This document shows, in pieces, positions 63,946-64,000 of a stretch of 64,000 bases of DNA. Both the position numbers and the translations under genes were made by a program. The stretch covers positions 186,001 to 250,000 of the forward strand of contig NIVC01000827.1 of assembly GCA_002269645.1 (NCBI GenBank), given 5' to 3'. Under the pieces are notes generated by a model. That model ran no database searches. It was not told the DNA's origin and saw only the letters and a program-made list of their open reading frames with translations. The DNA is from Macrostomum lignano. Lineage: Eukaryota. Numbering within the stretch: position 1 is the first letter of the stretch; each line of letters starts with the position of its first letter.

Positions 63946-64000
<55 letters not shown>
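63946..64000. repeat. (TC)n microsatellite running off the window end
   Basis: Visible. Confidence 0.95.

Overview
This is eukaryotic (animal) genomic DNA. GC-rich exons separated by minisatellite-filled introns resemble the flatworm Macrostomum; that assignment is an inference only. Left part (1-19.7 kb): a minus-strand tandem array of four 3-exon fibrinogen-related (FReD) genes encoding signal peptide + degenerate PAN/apple-like domain + N-truncated FBG domain. One copy runs off the window, one is frameshifted, one is 5'-truncated and one is near-intact. The array is interrupted by a decayed Gypsy LTR element and the 5' half of a Loa/R1-like LINE. Middle: a complete 15-exon DNA polymerase zeta catalytic subunit gene (REV3L, minus, 39401-23847, ~1876 aa) and a complete 8-exon KIAA0319/KIAA0319L-family gene (minus, 53327-41769, ~1067 aa); I assembled both by hand with consistent GT-AG sites and phases. 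Right part: an AT-rich island with a MITE and a 5'-truncated RNase H-bearing LINE flanked by a perfect 129-bp duplication, an orphan secreted 8-Cys cationic peptide gene, and a Tc1/IS630-like remnant. Most notable: a 3.1-kb satellite made by amplifying the last 17 nt of the REV3L CDS including its stop codon; the 129-bp target duplication; mosaic FReD copies; three intronic arrays carrying ETS-type CCGGAAG cores; and the orphan peptide. All alignments and counts were done by eye; no database searches were run.
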